DNA of 63,715 nucleotides from a virus. Lineage: Duplodnaviria; Caudoviricetes. The DNA lies in the IMG/VR virus record IMGVR_UViG_3300031949_000032, positions 1 to 63,715 of that record, one strand, 5' to 3'. The notes below the pieces were generated by a model. It was not told the origin of the DNA. It worked only from the letters and a program-made list of their open reading frames with translations, and did no database searches. Every line of letters begins with the position of its first letter. Positions within the stretch are counted from its first letter, which is position 1. Positions 27,542-37,289 of the stretch are shown piece by piece. A program made the position numbers and the translations under genes.

Positions 27542-28366
27542 TTACAATATTTTTCTGTCTGCTATTCTATCTCCAATTTGTCCGATATAGGATTTTTCTT
27601 TAATTGGAGTTTGTTTAGCATCAGTGGAAGCTGTTAAGGATGGCATTCCATCTCCTTTTTCAACTTTTTCTTTTTTGACTTTTATTTGTGCGTTTTTACC
27701 TTTTATTTCGCCCATCTGAATACCTTCAGCAACATCTTCATCATGTTTCCAGCCTTTTTTAAGGGCTTCTAATGCTACTTTAGAAATTTTACCGGAATAT
27801 ATTTCGTTCAACATATTATTGCACCAATCCACAAACTCTTGTGCCTGTGATTCATTTAAACCACAATCGGTTTTAAATTCTTCCCATTCTTTTTCAGAGA
27901 ACTCGTGATTAGCGTTTAAATCTGACCTAAACTTTTCATCGTTTGCACGGCTAGTTTCGCGTTCCTTAACATTAGCTGCCCATGCTTCATGGTCTTCATC
28001 TCCCTCTTGCGGGGTAAGATCTTCCTGGCTATAATATTTTGCAATTGCAGCCCTTGGTTTAGCTCCCATGATTATATCACCTACACATGCTCTAAATTCT
28101 GGATATGCTTCGAATATTTCAACGAGTTTTTTGGTTACATCCTGAGATTTAGAGTATTTACCTTCTAATTCAGAATTACTAGCCATTAAAGCATCTACAA
28201 TAGCATCATCCCCGTCAAATTCTTGATCCGGGAATCTTTCTTTTGCAATTGATTGTAATTTAGATAATTGTGTTTCTGGTGCGGTAATCTCTGTTTCGGA
28301 ATCTGCTACTGTTTCAACAGAAGTTTCTTCAGTATCTAAATCCTTTTTTTCAGTTATTGTGTCCAT
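27542..28366 (-). CDS. Capsid scaffolding protein
   Basis: Acidic, helical, directly upstream of MCP. Confidence 0.65.
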   Translation of the reverse strand: MDTITEKKDLDTEETSVETVADSETEITAPETQLSKLQSIAKERFPDQEFDGDDAIVDALMASNSELEGKYSKSQDVTKKLVEIFEAYPEFRACVGDIIMGAKPRAAIAKYYSQEDLTPQEGDEDHEAWAANVKERETSRANDEKFRSDLNANHEFSEKEWEEFKTDCGLNESQAQEFVDWCNNMLNEIYSGKISKVALEALKKGWKHDEDVAEGIQMGEIKGKNAQIKVKKEKVEKGDGMPSLTASTDAKQTPIKEKSYIGQIGDRIADRKIL

Positions 28367-28403
28367 TCTATTGAGAATTGGTTACGATTAATTTTGAATG
28401 AAC

Positions 28404-28467
28404 CAAAAATATATAACTATGTTATAATTTAGTATACATTTTGTCGCATTATTTATACATTTTGTCG
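28404..28467. promoter_or_regulatory. Divergent late-promoter region with direct repeats
   Basis: TATACATTTTGTCG at 28433 and 28454 (21-bp period); minus-strand TATTTTTG -7 box at 28404-28411. Confidence 0.55.
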
Positions 28468-28501
28468 ATATTTTTTGTTTTCTTTACACAAAAATTCAAC
28501 A

Positions 28502-28714
28502 ATGGATAAAAAATTATTATCACACCAACGACATATGCAATGGCTTGTATATTACAATACTGTTGTTGAAAAATACAGAAAGTTATATCCTGAAATATTT
28601 CATAAATTAAGTAATACTATTTTCTATGAAGAAGTTGCGGATCATTTCGGATATGAAACAGGTACAGTATATAGGGTTATTAGAAAATTAATTAAAAATT
28701 CAAATACTAAATAA
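28502..28714 (+). CDS. Small HTH protein (possible late regulator)
   Basis: YEEVADHFGYETGTVYRVIR helix-turn-helix; likely start MDKKLL. Confidence 0.65.
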   Translation: MDKKLLSHQRHMQWLVYYNTVVEKYRKLYPEIFHKLSNTIFYEEVADHFGYETGTVYRVIRKLIKNSNTK

Positions 28715-30690
28715 TGTCAACAAATATTCGACATATTTTAGAGGAAAACCAGCTTAGACTGGCTGAACTTAATGCACCGTATGATCCAATTACGGGTATG
28801 GGTTCACCTATTGAGCGGGAGAAAGTACCAATAGATGAAAAAACAGATTGGTACTTACCTTTAGAAATGTCGAAAGAGCCTATCGTAATTGCTATTAAAG
28901 AATATGGCAGTTTATCAAGATTGGCTTCTATTTTAGATGTATCACTCGAAGAATTACAGGATGATCTTATAAAAGTTAGGTTTAAGTATGATTTTGAATT
29001 CTGGGCTTATGTGTGCCATCCTATACAGGATGCTGAAACAGGAGAGGTAAATAAGTTTAAGCTACGAAAGGCACAACGTAAAGTTTGGAAGGAAATACAC
29101 AACCAAATTATATTAGAAGATCCAATTCGTGTAATTGTTGGTAAAGCTCGACAATGGGGTGGAAGTACTTTTGCTAATGCCCTTCACAGATGGATACAAA
29201 TTGAGGTTAAAGAGAACTGGCATTCGGCTATATGTTCAGATGTTGAAGACCAGGCAAAGAATATTCGGGGAATGTCCGACTTAATGTATACAAATTACCC
29301 TTATGGTAAATTTACATTAAAGCCTTACCAAGGTTCATCGAAAAATAAGATGGTAATGGAACGGGGTTGTATTGTCGGTGTTGGGTCTATGGAAAAACCT
29401 GACAACCTTAGATCGTACAATTTCAAGATGTTGCACCTCACTGAAGTTGGAATTTGGAAGAAAACAGCCGGAAAGAGTCCGCAAGATTTAGCCCAATCCC
29501 TCCGTTCACAAGTTAAGAAAGTACCTTGGTCCGTTATCATTCTTGAATCAACGGCCAAGGGTGTAGGTAATTTCTTTCACGAAGAATGGAAACGGGCTAT
29601 TAGTAAACAAAGCGGGTACGCTCCAATATTTGTGCCTTGGTGGGAGATTGAAATGTATCAACGTCCGCTTAAAGATCCTATTTCATTTTTCGAGAGTCTT
29701 AAAAATAACCCGGATGAATATGGTATGCTCCTTTGGGAATTGGGGGCTACACTTGAAGGTATAAACTGGTACTTCAACATGAAGGAATCGGAAAATTACG
29801 ATACCTGGAGAATGATGTCCGAATTTCCTTCAACCTGGCAAGAGATGTTTCAATCTTCTGGTCGTAGGGCATTCGCACCTGCATATGTTCAACGAGCCCG
29901 TAAGGTAAATTTACTACCATTGTTCATTGGAGATATTCGGGCTGATGGTATAGATGGAAAATCAGCACTGCAAAACATAGAATTTCAGCTTGAATCAAGA
30001 GGTGATTTTTGGGTATGGGCATTGCCAGATAAAACCCGGAAGGTATCGAATAGGTATTGTGTTTCTGTAGATATTGGAGGTCGCTCTGTTGGTGCTGACT
30101 ATTCTGTTATTCGGGTATTCGACCGTATTGAAATGATGAATATGGGTGTGCCTGAAGCAATCGCAACATGGCGGGGCCATCTCGATCAGGATTTAGTATG
30201 CTGGAAAGCTGCCCAAATAGCCAAGTTCTACAACAATGCTCTGCTTATCCCAGAATCAAACTCTATAGCCGAAGAAACTACCGATTCAGAAGGCGATCAA
30301 TTAATGTTAATCCTCGATCAGATTGTGAAATATTATGACAACATATATTGTCGTACCAATCCAGAAAAGATAAGACAAGGGCTTCCGGCTATGTATGGGT
30401 TTATGACAAGTAGAAAAACCAAGCCTTCAATAATTTCAATTCTTAATAAATCATTAAGGACGTTCGGGTACTATGAGTATGATGGTAGGGCGTGTGACGA
30501 ATTTGACGAATATGAGATTAAACCAAATGGAACATACGGTAATGTAGATGGTAAAGATAAACATGATGATTTAGTGATGTCAACAGCAATAGGGCTTTGG
30601 TGCTGTTTATCCTATATGGATGCACCGGCCATGATAGTAGAAAGTACTCACGGGAGTAGGTCAAAAATTGTAAGCGAAGCTAGTTTTTAA
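28714..30690 (+). CDS. terL: Terminase large subunit
   Basis: GKARQWGGST Walker A, LHLTE, ILESTAKG, VDIGG RNase-H fold, HDDLVMS. Confidence 0.92.
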   Translation: MSTNIRHILEENQLRLAELNAPYDPITGMGSPIEREKVPIDEKTDWYLPLEMSKEPIVIAIKEYGSLSRLASILDVSLEELQDDLIKVRFKYDFEFWAYVCHPIQDAETGEVNKFKLRKAQRKVWKEIHNQIILEDPIRVIVGKARQWGGSTFANALHRWIQIEVKENWHSAICSDVEDQAKNIRGMSDLMYTNYPYGKFTLKPYQGSSKNKMVMERGCIVGVGSMEKPDNLRSYNFKMLHLTEVGIWKKTAGKSPQDLAQSLRSQVKKVPWSVIILESTAKGVGNFFHEEWKRAISKQSGYAPIFVPWWEIEMYQRPLKDPISFFESLKNNPDEYGMLLWELGATLEGINWYFNMKESENYDTWRMMSEFPSTWQEMFQSSGRRAFAPAYVQRARKVNLLPLFIGDIRADGIDGKSALQNIEFQLESRGDFWVWALPDKTRKVSNRYCVSVDIGGRSVGADYSVIRVFDRIEMMNMGVPEAIATWRGHLDQDLVCWKAAQIAKFYNNALLIPESNSIAEETTDSEGDQLMLILDQIVKYYDNIYCRTNPEKIRQGLPAMYGFMTSRKTKPSIISILNKSLRTFGYYEYDGRACDEFDEYEIKPNGTYGNVDGKDKHDDLVMSTAIGLWCCLSYMDAPAMIVESTHGSRSKIVSEASF

Positions 30691-30694
30691 TTAT

Positions 30695-30910
30695 ATGGAA
30701 CGAAACACGAAGGATAAAATCCTAGACTTTATGACCGAGATATTTGAGACCTCTGGTTGGCCTTTTGTATCTGTTTCGGTTATAACTAACCATATTGGCC
30801 ATTACCCTAAAAAAGAGTTAAATGAGCTTTTCTATGAGGGTAAAATTACTGTACACGATTCAATAAAAGGAAAGATTGTAAAACTAATTAGGGAGGATTC
30901 CAATGTATAG
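30695..30910 (+). CDS. Winged-helix-like hypothetical protein
   Basis: LNELFYEGKI; in operon. Confidence 0.6.
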   Translation: MERNTKDKILDFMTEIFETSGWPFVSVSVITNHIGHYPKKELNELFYEGKITVHDSIKGKIVKLIREDSNV

Positions 30911-31076
30911 ATTAAGTGTTTATGAAAACAAACTGTCATTCAAGTACTGTATCGGACGGGAAACATATAGATATAAATGGATAGCTCAGTTACTTGGATT
31001 TTTAATGAGTATGGAAATTAATAGTAGGTATGAAATTACCGGAGTATATGCAACTACTGAAATTGAAAAGATATGA
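30903..31076 (+). CDS. Small hypothetical protein (57 aa)
   Basis: Read by hand as MYRLSVYENK...; fills the gap and overlaps both neighbours. Confidence 0.5.
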   Translation: MYRLSVYENKLSFKYCIGRETYRYKWIAQLLGFLMSMEINSRYEITGVYATTEIEKI

Positions 31077-31312
31077 ATAATACAGATAAATGGTTGAAGG
31101 ATAAACCTGAAAAACGTAATTATCCAATATTCTATCCTATACTAAAAAGGCATGAAAATAGAGGTATTACACGTGCTATTAATGGAAGGATACCAATAAA
31201 TAAGTCTGAGGTAAAAGAAACAAAACATGCATTAAAAATATTTTTTGTAAGTCTTAAATCAAATAGCTCAGAAGCTATAAAGTTTTATAAAAAAAATTAC
31301 ATAATAGTATAA
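31073..31312 (+). CDS. Hypothetical protein
   Basis: ORF in tightly packed operon. Confidence 0.55.
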   Translation: MNNTDKWLKDKPEKRNYPIFYPILKRHENRGITRAINGRIPINKSEVKETKHALKIFFVSLKSNSSEAIKFYKKNYIIV

Positions 31313-31316
31313 AGCT

Positions 31317-31586
31317 ATGAATATTCTAACTCTAAAAAATAAACATGTATGGTTCAAGTGCGGAGTCCTTAAAAGTAGGCATGGTAAAGTTATAGACGGT
31401 CTTTATGATGGATTACTCCTAATCATGGAAGATGATACGAAAAGAGTATTTGTTGCTTCACCAGAGGATATAGTTGATTTTACAAAAATTAGAGATATTG
31501 AATTTAAGTCTTTGCCTTCTTTGCCTATATTCCTAGAATTAAGTGAAAATAAAGATAAATATTATTATAAATCTAATAATGACTGA
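31317..31586 (+). CDS. Hypothetical protein
   Basis: ORF in operon. Confidence 0.6.
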   Translation: MNILTLKNKHVWFKCGVLKSRHGKVIDGLYDGLLLIMEDDTKRVFVASPEDIVDFTKIRDIEFKSLPSLPIFLELSENKDKYYYKSNND

Positions 31587-31767
31587 TACTACCAAGCCAC
31601 AACACTACTATCCCTTAAACGATAGTATAGTACACTTTACCTCTGCGGTCTGTCAATGCAGACCATCAAAGGTTGAAGTTAATGGAGTTACTATTTTTAT
31701 ACACAACCGGTTTAACACCTTGGAATACGTTAAAAGGTATGAACAAACAATAATGGGGAGAAACTAA
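31579..31767 (+). CDS. Hypothetical His/Cys protein
   Basis: HYYPLND...H...CQCRP...IHN; likely start MTDTT. Confidence 0.6.
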   Translation: MTDTTKPQHYYPLNDSIVHFTSAVCQCRPSKVEVNGVTIFIHNRFNTLEYVKRYEQTIMGRN

Positions 31768-31768
31768 A

Positions 31769-32050
31769 ATGAAGAAAATAACAAAAGTAACAGGTGTAAT
31801 TACGCCTACTATGGATGTATTTGTAAGATGGATCAAAAATGAAAAAATAGGAAGTGTACCATACAACGGACAATTTAGAGTAATGCATTTAAATAATGAA
31901 TTATTTGTAGGAATAAGCCAAATATCACATGTATGTAGCTATAGTTTTGATGAAATTATAGAACTACATGGAAGTGCAACTATTAAAAATTATACTGATT
32001 TAATTGAATGTGCAAAATTTAATAAAAAAAAGCGAGGTAAAAATGAGTAA
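31769..32050 (+). CDS. Hypothetical protein
   Basis: ORF in operon. Confidence 0.6.
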   Translation: MKKITKVTGVITPTMDVFVRWIKNEKIGSVPYNGQFRVMHLNNELFVGISQISHVCSYSFDEIIELHGSATIKNYTDLIECAKFNKKKRGKNE

Positions 32051-32258
32051 GGCGAAAATAACTATCGAAGTAAAGGATGATAATTCGGTAAAATTGGAAA
32101 CGAAAGGAGACGTTGATACAATGCTTAATGGACTCGTAACTATTTTAATGGAAGATGAAAAGTTCAATGCTCTTGTTTCAACAGCTTACAGTTGTGTGAT
32201 GCAGATTAAACAGGCACAAACACCACCAGTTAAAAAAATAATAATAGCCCACAAATGA
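32043..32258 (+). CDS. Hypothetical protein
   Basis: Likely start MSKAK. Confidence 0.6.
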   Translation: MSKAKITIEVKDDNSVKLETKGDVDTMLNGLVTILMEDEKFNALVSTAYSCVMQIKQAQTPPVKKIIIAHK

Positions 32259-32521
32259 AAAACTCAACTAAGGTAAAGATCATAAATCTTGTTAAGAAGG
32301 TTTTGAAATTCAAAGAACCTGAAATTTTATACATTGATTATAGCGAACGTTTTACTTTATATAAAAAACTCCATAATCATCCATCATTAACACGGGCTCA
32401 TTTATATAGTAGGCTGCTTGAAAAATTAAAACAATCTGGAGCTATAGAGATTATTGAACAAAAAGACCCATTTTCTTATAATTCATTATTCATTATGAGA
32501 ATTAAAGTTTTAAAACCATGA
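32255..32521 (+). CDS. Hypothetical protein
   Basis: ATGA coupling on both sides. Confidence 0.6.
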   Translation: MKNSTKVKIINLVKKVLKFKEPEILYIDYSERFTLYKKLHNHPSLTRAHLYSRLLEKLKQSGAIEIIEQKDPFSYNSLFIMRIKVLKP

Positions 32522-32721
32522 AAAACTGCCCATTCTGTGGATCATTCAACACAAAAGTAGCTGCCGAAGCATCTTCAGAAAAAGGAAAACACCATGTTGT
32601 TTTTGTGGAATGCCTGGAAGAAAACTGCAAAGCAAGAGGCCCTATTGCATCCGGTACGGGTGAGTTTGTTTCAAACGATGAAACTGCATTAGCTTTTAAT
32701 AAATGGAATAAAAGATTTTAA
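32518..32721 (+). CDS. Lar-family restriction alleviation-like protein
   Basis: CPFCG...C....C...GP...A...WNKR. Confidence 0.75.
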   Translation: MKNCPFCGSFNTKVAAEASSEKGKHHVVFVECLEENCKARGPIASGTGEFVSNDETALAFNKWNKRF

Positions 32722-32723
32722 TT

Positions 32724-32984
32724 ATGGAAACCGAAGTAAAAAATACAATTAAAGAGTACGCAAAACTTGGCCGTGAGATAAAGATAAGTCCAAAAACACT
32801 TGTATCCATAAATAATCCAGGATATAAAAAAGAGTATTTTACCCATACTGTTGAAGTTATAATTGGTATTGGTAAAAATAATACAGCCTCTATATTAATG
32901 GATATAGATACATGGGAAGCGTTAAAAAATGGGGATGAAATTTTGACAACAAAAATTAAAGATTTTAAGGGAAGAGTTAATTAA
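32724..32984 (+). CDS. Hypothetical protein
   Basis: ORF in operon. Confidence 0.6.
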   Translation: METEVKNTIKEYAKLGREIKISPKTLVSINNPGYKKEYFTHTVEVIIGIGKNNTASILMDIDTWEALKNGDEILTTKIKDFKGRVN

Positions 32985-33005
32985 ACAATTAATACAACAA
33001 TAACA

Positions 33006-33410
33006 ATGAACGTAATAGAACAAGCATTCACGGAGATTTTTCAGAGTTACAAACTCATTTTTAAGCCTATCATTAAAAGGTGGAGAATAAAAAATGCTAT
33101 CAATGCAGCAAATGCATTATTCATAGAAAAAAACAAACAGTACTTTGTTCTTAACCATCCTGAGCATGATTGCGAAGTAATATCCAAGGCTGAAATAGAT
33201 AGGAGACTTTTAATTCTTAAAAAGAAGGATAAAAAATGGAGGTATACAACAATCCAAGATGTAATGAAAGATTGTATTTACCATACTCCTTCAAAAATAT
33301 ACTCCGGGAACCTTAATGCATTCGGAATGCCGGTTAAAGGTTCTAAACCATTACCAGAACCTCGTATTGTTCCATCACGAGTCAAACGGACTAAAATTTT
33401 AAAGAAGTGA
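33006..33410 (+). CDS. Hypothetical protein
   Basis: KQYFV...CIYHT; in operon. Confidence 0.65.
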   Translation: MNVIEQAFTEIFQSYKLIFKPIIKRWRIKNAINAANALFIEKNKQYFVLNHPEHDCEVISKAEIDRRLLILKKKDKKWRYTTIQDVMKDCIYHTPSKIYSGNLNAFGMPVKGSKPLPEPRIVPSRVKRTKILKK

Positions 33411-33796
33411 TAGAGCATGGTATAGTAAGGAGCGAACAGGATAAAAACACTTTGATAAGTGTAATCAAACAACGAAAATTACCTTTCAAAGTAGTTACCC
33501 AAGATGTATATCCGGTTCGCTCCCTCGATCAAAATGCTTACTACTGGTTTATCATTACAATCATTGCTTACTGTATCGGTGAGGATTATTTAAGTGTTCA
33601 TAAAGACTATGCAAATAAATTCCTTTACGGGTACTGGCCAAACAAAAAAAGTAAATGGTCAATGAGGGTAAGGTCAACAACAGAGCTTAATACCGTAGAA
33701 ATGGCAGATTATACAAATAGAGTGCGTATAGATGCAGTACAAATGGGGATAAATACCCCTAATCCTAATGAAATAATAACAGACGAAGAAACCTAA
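33407..33796 (+). CDS. NinB/YbcN-like recombination protein
   Basis: RSLDQNAYYW...STTELNTVEMADY. Confidence 0.75.
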   Translation: MIEHGIVRSEQDKNTLISVIKQRKLPFKVVTQDVYPVRSLDQNAYYWFIITIIAYCIGEDYLSVHKDYANKFLYGYWPNKKSKWSMRVRSTTELNTVEMADYTNRVRIDAVQMGINTPNPNEIITDEET

Positions 33797-33814
33797 TTTA
33801 AAATTTAAGAAATA

Positions 33815-34261
33815 ATGAGTAGTATCAATTCTGTTACCCTAATAGGGCATGTGGGCCAAGAACCACAAATAACAACTATTGAAGGAGGTATCAAAGTAGC
33901 CAACTTCAGTATGGCAACATCTCACCCGTACAAAAACAAAGCCGGTGAGAAAGTAGATCAATCTTTCTGGCATCGTATAGTTTCATTCCGGGGTGGTGCC
34001 GAAATAGTAGAAAAATACATAAAGAAGGGTTCCCATATTGCCATACAAGGCAGGTTGCAATCCAGAGTGTACGATGATAAGGAAGGTAAAAAACATACCA
34101 TTGTCGAAGTATATGCAGAACAAATACAACTATTGGGAAGTAAACCGGAAGGATCGGCAGGTGTCGCACCAGAAGTTAAGGCACAGCAACAGTCCAATGC
34201 CTCGCCTGAATTCTCACAGACATACGATCCAAGTACTGGTTCAGATGATTTACCATTTTAA
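33815..34261 (+). CDS. ssb: Single-stranded DNA-binding protein
   Basis: INSVTLIGHVG, WHRIV, KGS...GRLQSR, acidic DDLPF tail. Confidence 0.95.
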   Translation: MSSINSVTLIGHVGQEPQITTIEGGIKVANFSMATSHPYKNKAGEKVDQSFWHRIVSFRGGAEIVEKYIKKGSHIAIQGRLQSRVYDDKEGKKHTIVEVYAEQIQLLGSKPEGSAGVAPEVKAQQQSNASPEFSQTYDPSTGSDDLPF

Positions 34262-34271
34262 ATAACAAGCT

Positions 34272-34700
34272 ATGAACAAACAAAGAAACCCCGAACAGGA
34301 TTGGGAAGAATTTTGGAAAGAAATTATACTCAATCCGGATGGCTCTATTAATTTGGAGCAACTAAAAAAAGAACTAAGCGACTTTTCTATAGTTATGGAG
34401 GAAGTACCTAAAGTTTATTGTCACATAACAGGGAATACACTTTCTAAGTGTACTTATTTAGCGGAAGAAGTTATTAGCTGTGCTGATAATTACTATTCCC
34501 ATAATATGGGATTCACGGATGACCTTGATAAAATTGGTACAATTAGCGATGATTTGGAAAGCTTAGCTGCTGGTTTAGATTTACCAATTGCTCCATCGTT
34601 TCATATCGAGCAGTTGAAAAAGATACTTCCTGAAAAAGTTAAAGAAATTAGAGACGCTTTAATTTCTGCCACTGGTGAAAATCCTTGGGTTGATGAATAA
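34272..34700 (+). CDS. Hypothetical phage protein
   Basis: FWKEII...ELSDF...KVYCHITG..LSK. Confidence 0.7.
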   Translation: MNKQRNPEQDWEEFWKEIILNPDGSINLEQLKKELSDFSIVMEEVPKVYCHITGNTLSKCTYLAEEVISCADNYYSHNMGFTDDLDKIGTISDDLESLAAGLDLPIAPSFHIEQLKKILPEKVKEIRDALISATGENPWVDE

Positions 34701-34742
34701 GGTTTTTAAATAAATTATTAACTAATATAGGAGATGTAAAAA

Positions 34743-35024
34743 ATGAAAATAGAAAAATTACAAACAAAAATAGAACAATTAAGAGAGTCCCTTAGCCTTT
34801 TAAGAGCCAGAATATTTACAAAGGAATGCGTTGTAAAAGGTTTTGAATCTAAAGATACTATAGAGATAAGAATAGGAGGTCAAGGTTCTTTTATTAATAT
34901 TCCACCGGAAAGCATTCATTACAACTTAATCCAATCCATTTATATTGAAGAAATAAATACCAAGATAACTGAAGCGGAAGAGCAAGTATATTCAATTGCC
35001 AAGGAACTTAAAAATGAAATATAA
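34743..35024 (+). CDS. Hypothetical coiled-coil protein
   Basis: ORF. Confidence 0.6.
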   Translation: MKIEKLQTKIEQLRESLSLLRARIFTKECVVKGFESKDTIEIRIGGQGSFINIPPESIHYNLIQSIYIEEINTKITEAEEQVYSIAKELKNEI

Positions 35025-35026
35025 AT

Positions 35027-35165
35027 CTTGTGGAGACGAACACTCGGATGTCTTCGGGTGTGAAGGATGGATGCCTAACAAGGTTAAACTCGACCACAAG
35101 GACTGAAGAAAACAGTTTCATGAACGACTAATCCATTTCAAGACTGACAGATTGGAAAGACAGTT
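35027..35165 (+). ncRNA. Candidate structured intergenic RNA
   Basis: GC-rich island; CTTGTGG/CCACAAG and CACTCGGA/TTCGGGTG stems; terminal GAAAGA-loop hairpin. Confidence 0.4.
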
Positions 35166-35181
35166 ATTTTAAATATTAAAT

Positions 35182-35586
35182 ATGAGCTATAAACAACATA
35201 AATTAAGCGTGTATGCCAAGTGTAATGGTCGATGTGGCTATTGCGGACTAAGTATTGAAGAAAAGCATTTAACAATAGATCATATAATTTCACAGTACAA
35301 TTTTCGAAAATATATTTCTGAGGAGGTAAATGTTCCAGTTTTCCTAAGTCATTTAACTACTTCGGACGTTGACCATATTGATAATCTAATGCCATGCTGT
35401 AGAAAATGCAATACATTGAAAGCGGCATACGACATAGAGACTTTTAGAAGCGAATTATACAAACAAGTTGAAAGAGGGTTAAAAACAAGTGTTAATTTCA
35501 GGTTAGCTTTAATGTATAAACAAATCGAATTAACAAGGAAACCGATAGTATTTTATTTTGAAACATTAACAAATTATCAATTATAA
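35182..35586 (+). CDS. HNH endonuclease
   Basis: CGYCG...TIDH...NLMPCCRKCN. Confidence 0.85.
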   Translation: MSYKQHKLSVYAKCNGRCGYCGLSIEEKHLTIDHIISQYNFRKYISEEVNVPVFLSHLTTSDVDHIDNLMPCCRKCNTLKAAYDIETFRSELYKQVERGLKTSVNFRLALMYKQIELTRKPIVFYFETLTNYQL

Positions 35587-35606
35587 ACACAATTAAAACA
35601 TATATT

Positions 35607-36089
35607 ATGGGAACTGTAGACCTTGTTGATATAGAAGATTTGGCTTGGAGAATAGTTGAAAAAGCTTTTGCGGGTAAGGTTGATAAAGGTGGTGCGCCTT
35701 ATATTGGACATATGAAGCGGATTATAAAATTATTATACCCTATAGAAAGTGGCGCACAAGAGATTCCAGATGAAGAATTGAATTGTATTGCGATACTTCA
35801 CGATTTAATTGAAGATTGCCCCGAATGGAATATTAACTCTATATCGGCCATTTTCCCGATCCGAGTTATAGATGCGTTAATTGTATTAACTAAGCTGAAA
35901 AATGAATCGTACGATAAATACATTACGAGAGTAATGACAAATAAAGATGCAGTTCGGGTAAAGCTGTGCGATTTAAAAGATAATATGGACATTACTCGGC
36001 TAAAAACTATTGAACCAGAAGATGCAAATAGACTTCGTAAATACTTAGATGCATATAAGTTGATAATGAAAGATAATAAAGGGAAATAA
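35607..36089 (+). CDS. HD-domain RelA/SpoT-type small alarmone hydrolase-like protein
   Basis: DKGGAPYIGH, AILHDLIED, VKLCDLKDN. Confidence 0.8.
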   Translation: MGTVDLVDIEDLAWRIVEKAFAGKVDKGGAPYIGHMKRIIKLLYPIESGAQEIPDEELNCIAILHDLIEDCPEWNINSISAIFPIRVIDALIVLTKLKNESYDKYITRVMTNKDAVRVKLCDLKDNMDITRLKTIEPEDANRLRKYLDAYKLIMKDNKGK

Positions 36090-36097
36090 ATATACCT

Positions 36098-36514
36098 ATG
36101 ACAAACGAAATATTTACTGAACTATATTCTTCTTATCGTGGAGAAGAAGCGGACAATATTGACCAATTCCAAACCACAGAATTCTCACCAAAAGAACTTA
36201 AAGAGTTTGTTGAGTATTGCTTATTATATTCGGATGCTAAAAGAATTGCACATACTATGGATACTGAAATAATTGTACATACTAAACCTAATATAGTATG
36301 TACCGATGAACTGTACAAAGTATTGTTTGATAATAAACCTAATCGGCATATTATTTATGTTAGTCCTGATGTAAATGATCGTTTTAATCAACTTATTAAA
36401 GAAGAAATTGAAAATTTACATCTTATTCAAGAAGGAATATTTCCTGAAATGATAGATAAAACTTATCTGCCAGAAAAAAAAGATCATAAACGTAAATCAA
36501 GTAGAGAAATTTAA
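36098..36514 (+). CDS. Hypothetical protein
   Basis: ORF. Confidence 0.6.
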   Translation: MTNEIFTELYSSYRGEEADNIDQFQTTEFSPKELKEFVEYCLLYSDAKRIAHTMDTEIIVHTKPNIVCTDELYKVLFDNKPNRHIIYVSPDVNDRFNQLIKEEIENLHLIQEGIFPEMIDKTYLPEKKDHKRKSSREI

Positions 36515-36524
36515 ACTAAATAAC

Positions 36525-36659
36525 ATGAAAGCAATTTTAACAAAAGAGGTAATGACTAGACCTATTTCAAGTAGAGAAAATCATACTTTTACAAAGTATA
36601 AAATTTTAGGTGTAACTGTATTTAAGTATTTGAAAATAGTTATTTCTAAAAATGCTTAA
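36525..36659 (+). CDS. Small hypothetical protein (44 aa)
   Basis: Read by hand as MKAILTKEVMTRP...; A-rich initiation region. Confidence 0.45.
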   Translation: MKAILTKEVMTRPISSRENHTFTKYKILGVTVFKYLKIVISKNA

Positions 36660-36764
36660 ATTATTAAGTCGGTCGGATCGACTTAAAATAGCCGGATTGG
36701 TCTCTGAGGAAAAGGGAACGCGTATCGTTGCAGGTTAAACGGTGACTATTGGAAAGACAATAAT

Positions 36765-36793
36765 AAAAGCCCGGTAATATTTATCGGGCTTTT
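36765..36793. terminator. Bidirectional intrinsic terminator
   Basis: AAAAGCCCGGTAA...TTATCGGGCTTTT between convergent units. Confidence 0.85.
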
Positions 36794-36815
36794 ATCTAAA
36801 AAATGTTGTTACAAT

Positions 36816-36862
36816 GTTGTAATTGTTATAATTTTGTTATATATTTGTGGACGTTCTTTGAA
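36816..36862 (+). promoter_or_regulatory. Rightward promoter with TTGTTA(T/C)A repeats and boxA-like GTTCTTTGAA
   Basis: GTTG-N20-TATATTTG(36840); three TTGTTA(T/C)A motifs. Confidence 0.55.
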
Positions 36863-36884
36863 GTAAGTTTAATATTACAAATAC

Positions 36885-37280
36885 TCATTTTTTTTTCTTT
36901 AACGTAAAGCCGGTAATAATAAATGGAATCCAAGTAAATAACACTAATAGAAAAATAGCTATTTTGGTAAATACAGGGGATTCATAACTAATAAATCCAT
37001 ATATGTCAGCTATGCACATTAAACTTGACATTATTCCAAATGTTATTCCTCCATATTTAGGATTTGGACATATTATTAATGTTAAAATTGCAAATAATGA
37101 TGACAAACTTATTGCTAATGCTACAATGCCCAAACCACCTACAAGTAAAAATATAATTAACCATTTAACACCAAAATCAATTGCCTTATTTGAAAGCCAC
37201 CATATACCAGTATCAATTAAATAAAAACATAAAATCAAAATTGGAATGAATAGTATCCATCTTAATATTTTAATAATCAT
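36885..37280 (-). CDS. 4-TM membrane protein (moron)
   Basis: Four hydrophobic segments; opposite strand; very low GC. Confidence 0.75.
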   Translation of the reverse strand: MIIKILRWILFIPILILCFYLIDTGIWWLSNKAIDFGVKWLIIFLLVGGLGIVALAISLSSLFAILTLIICPNPKYGGITFGIMSSLMCIADIYGFISYESPVFTKIAIFLLVLFTWIPFIITGFTLKKKK

Positions 37281-37289
37281 AACATTTTA

